DNA of 38,489 nucleotides from Bacteroidales bacterium (GTDB taxonomy: Bacteria > Bacteroidota > Bacteroidia > Bacteroidales > UBA7960), in NCBI GenBank assembly GCA_007128045.1, contig SKYG01000294.1, forward strand, positions 1-38,489. The letters are read 5' to 3'. Shown in pieces: positions 36,260 to 38,489 of the stretch (position 1 is its first letter; each line of letters begins with the position of its first letter). The notes beneath the pieces are model-generated. The model did no database searches, was not told the DNA's origin, and saw only the letters and a program-made list of their open reading frames with translations. Made by a program: the position numbers and the translations under genes.

Positions 36260-37519
36260 TCAGGTTTTTTGCTGTTGTTTTCGTGCTGCCGGGAACAACA
36301 CGTTATTCAGTATAAGTCTGTAGGCAGGTGAATTGGGAAACAGGTTCAGGTCTGTTGGCGGATCACCAACGAAATGCCGGTAATCTTCCGGGTCGTGGCC
36401 GCCCAAAAAGGTGAAGGTGCCATTACCTAAGGTTCCATGAATATATCTTGCTTCAGACTTGGCCCTGGTTTCTGCCATGATCGTTACCGTGGGCTTTATG
36501 ACGGCATTCCGGAAGGCTGTTGTTTGACCCATAAATCCTTTGATCACTGTTTCATGATTTTGTGTCAGCATGGTGGGGATGGGATCCCACTTGGCTGAAA
36601 ATTCAAACAGGGTAAAAAAGTCTGTTCGTTCATCGCGCCCTGTTTTAGGCACGTCGATGTTTGATTTCTCATAGATGGTGGGATCGGTTATCACCATAAA
36701 ATTCTGAAACGCGAAAGTACGGCTGAAGTCAAGCTTTTCCTGTGCATTGGGTTCAACAGGGTCACCATCATACACCTGATGCAATATATCGATACCTTCT
36801 GCAGCCAGGGCGATATCAATACTTTCCGGGGCAGAACACATGGCAAACATATATCCACCACCGGCAACAAAGTCCCTGATTTTTTTCGCCACATCAAGTT
36901 TCATATGAGACACCTTACTATATCCCATTCTTCGTGCCATTTCCTGTGCAAGCCTTACTTCCTCTTTGTACCAGGGGTGATTCTGATAGGCAAACCAGAA
37001 CTTGCCGAACTGACCGGTAAAATCTTCATGATGGAGGTGTAACCAATCATAAAGCGGCAGAACGCCAGACAACACTTCTTCATCATAAACCACATCATAG
37101 GGAATCTCGGCAAAGGAAAGGGCCAATGTCACTGCATCATCCCACGGAAGGCTGTTTGGCGGAGAATAGACAGCTATGCGTGGCACCTTATGCAGGCGTA
37201 TTTCATCCATGTTTACCTCTGGGTCGGATATCTCTCTGAGGATGCCAGCTGCCTGCACATCAGCAATGATCTGAAAGGAAACGCCCCGTATGACCAGCTC
37301 CTGCTCAAACTCAGGATGATGGTCGAACATAAAACTTCCACCGCGGTAATTCAGCAGCCAGCTTATTTCAACATCATAGGTAAGCACATAATAGGCAATT
37401 CCATATGCTTTCAGGTGATTACGCTGTGAGCCGTCCATCGGCACCAATATTTGTGCCCCATAAGACCATGCGCTTGCAATAGCGATCAGGCATGTAACAA
37501 GAAACTTTTTCATAAACAT
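36260..37519 (-). CDS. exported conserved hypothetical protein
   Basis: 419-aa ORF with the signal peptide MFMKKFLVTCLIAIASAWSYGAQ. Its length and non-repetitive composition support a real gene, but I see no motif I can assign with confidence. Confidence 0.55.
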   Translation of the reverse strand: MFMKKFLVTCLIAIASAWSYGAQILVPMDGSQRNHLKAYGIAYYVLTYDVEISWLLNYRGGSFMFDHHPEFEQELVIRGVSFQIIADVQAAGILREISDPEVNMDEIRLHKVPRIAVYSPPNSLPWDDAVTLALSFAEIPYDVVYDEEVLSGVLPLYDWLHLHHEDFTGQFGKFWFAYQNHPWYKEEVRLAQEMARRMGYSKVSHMKLDVAKKIRDFVAGGGYMFAMCSAPESIDIALAAEGIDILHQVYDGDPVEPNAQEKLDFSRTFAFQNFMVITDPTIYEKSNIDVPKTGRDERTDFFTLFEFSAKWDPIPTMLTQNHETVIKGFMGQTTAFRNAVIKPTVTIMAETRAKSEARYIHGTLGNGTFTFLGGHDPEDYRHFVGDPPTDLNLFPNSPAYRLILNNVLFPAARKQQQKT

Positions 37520-37652
37520 ATTTGGTTATCCTATTATAAAGATAACGATTATTTACACAAAATGTTTTAGGAATAACGCCGCACCAGGCTGCAGACAAAT
37601 CCGAAGTTTTACAAAAAAAACAAAGTTTTATAGGGCAATGGCATCATGCAGG

Positions 37653-38489
37653 CTAGAAAGGCACGTCATCATCATCCATATCGTTCATTCGTGAGGGCAT
37701 GGTCATAATTTTCGATCCCTGATCGAACGAGTCAGATGGTTTCAGGTCTGAGGCTAAATCATATTCACCGGAGTCATAATCTGCAAACTTGGCAAAGCGG
37801 TCGATAAACCTCAGGGGCACTTCACCGAGGCTTCCGTTACGATGCTTTGCGATGATCAGCTCTGCCATTCCTATAGTGCTGTTACCTTGCTCATCTTCGG
37901 TAATCTTGTAATATTCTGGTCTGTATATAAACAGTACCATATCGGCATCCTGTTCAATGGCTCCGGATTCGCGCAAATCAGACAGTATTGGTTTTTTCGA
38001 ACCGCCACGGGTTTCTACTGCCCTGCTTAACTGGGAAATGGCAATAACCGGAATTTCCAATTCTTTAGCGAGGCTTTTCATGGAGCGGGAAATATTACTG
38101 ATCTCCTGTTCCCGGTTACTACGATTATCAGTACCTGTCGACATTAATTGCAGGTAGTCGACAATGACCATCTGGATATTGTGTTGTGCTTTCAGTCTGC
38201 GGCATTTGGCCCTTAGCTCGAAAATAGACAGAGCGGGGGTATCATCGATAAACAAGGGTGCATCTGTAAGGGTATTGATCCGAGCGTTTAGCTGCTCCCA
38301 TTCATACTGTTCCAGTTGTCCACGCTTCAGTTTGTTGGCATCAAGTTCAGCTTCACTGGATATTAAGCGTGTAACCAATTGCACACCCGACATCTCAAGT
38401 GAAAATATGGCGATAGGTTTTTTAAAGTCTACGGCCATATTTCTGGCCATGGTAAGGACAAATGCCGTTTTACCCATACCTGGTCTGGC
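37653..38489 (-). CDS. dnaB: replicative DNA helicase DnaB, C-terminal ATPase domain; N-terminus off the window; unusual acidic C-terminal tail
   Basis: The frame is open to the window edge. It reads (G)ARPGMGKTAFVLTMA (Walker A), MVIVDYLQLM (Walker B region) and IAISQLSRAVE. The tail ends ...NDMDDDDVPF. Confidence 0.93.
   Translation of the reverse strand, partial: ARPGMGKTAFVLTMARNMAVDFKKPIAIFSLEMSGVQLVTRLISSEAELDANKLKRGQLEQYEWEQLNARINTLTDAPLFIDDTPALSIFELRAKCRRLKAQHNIQMVIVDYLQLMSTGTDNRSNREQEISNISRSMKSLAKELEIPVIAISQLSRAVETRGGSKKPILSDLRESGAIEQDADMVLFIYRPEYYKITEDEQGNSTIGMAELIIAKHRNGSLGEVPLRFIDRFAKFADYDSGEYDLASDLKPSDSFDQGSKIMTMPSRMNDMDDDDVPF

Noticed and set aside
1-38489. Mobile genetic element, prophage, defence island or tRNA/rRNA genes
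   Set aside because: I recognised no transposase, integrase, recombinase, phage, toxin-antitoxin, restriction-modification or cas-like ORFs, and no tRNA-like T-arm (GGTTCGAATCC-type) sequences. The gene content is core metabolism and replication.

Overview
This window reads as a gene-dense chromosomal housekeeping segment of a Bacteroidota-type bacterium. Supporting signs are SD-less A/T-rich leaders, several TAnnTTTG -7 boxes, and the gene content (iorAB, membrane pyrophosphatase, GGGPS-family prenyltransferase, AmgK/MurU-like pair). I call 28 protein genes plus one disrupted gene: ahcY (partial), a PPTase, a GGGPS/PcrB-family enzyme, lpdA, rfbC, a 960-aa HExxH/propeller/barrel-like protein, an RluA-family synthase, a rubrerythrin-like protein, an AmgK-like kinase fused to a RapZ C-terminal domain, a possible 41-aa Cys/Lys-rich ORF, a MurU-like gene, an AddB-like nuclease, alaS, an M23 peptidase, a merR-family gene, an MFS transporter, hldD, acpH with an in-frame TAA, iorA, iorB, gcvP, an acyl-CoA ligase, hppA, a BFN nuclease, a CNT nucleoside transporter, thyA, folA, a secreted hypothetical protein and dnaB (partial). 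I found no tRNA or rRNA genes, CRISPR arrays, transposases, integrases or recognisable defence genes. The unusual feature is non-coding. Almost every sizeable intergenic spacer is built from phased 7-8-nt tandem arrays drawn from a small shared vocabulary (GTCGAAGG/GACCTTC, GACATTCA, TTGAATTG/CAACAATT, GAGTTGAG/GAGTGGAG, GTTGYGG, AAACYTT) plus short REP-like modules. These start right after stop codons, run up to start codons, and split the iorA-iorB and thyA-folA pairs with a near-identical ~50-nt leader. All functional calls rest on motifs I recognise by eye in the translations; no database search was possible.
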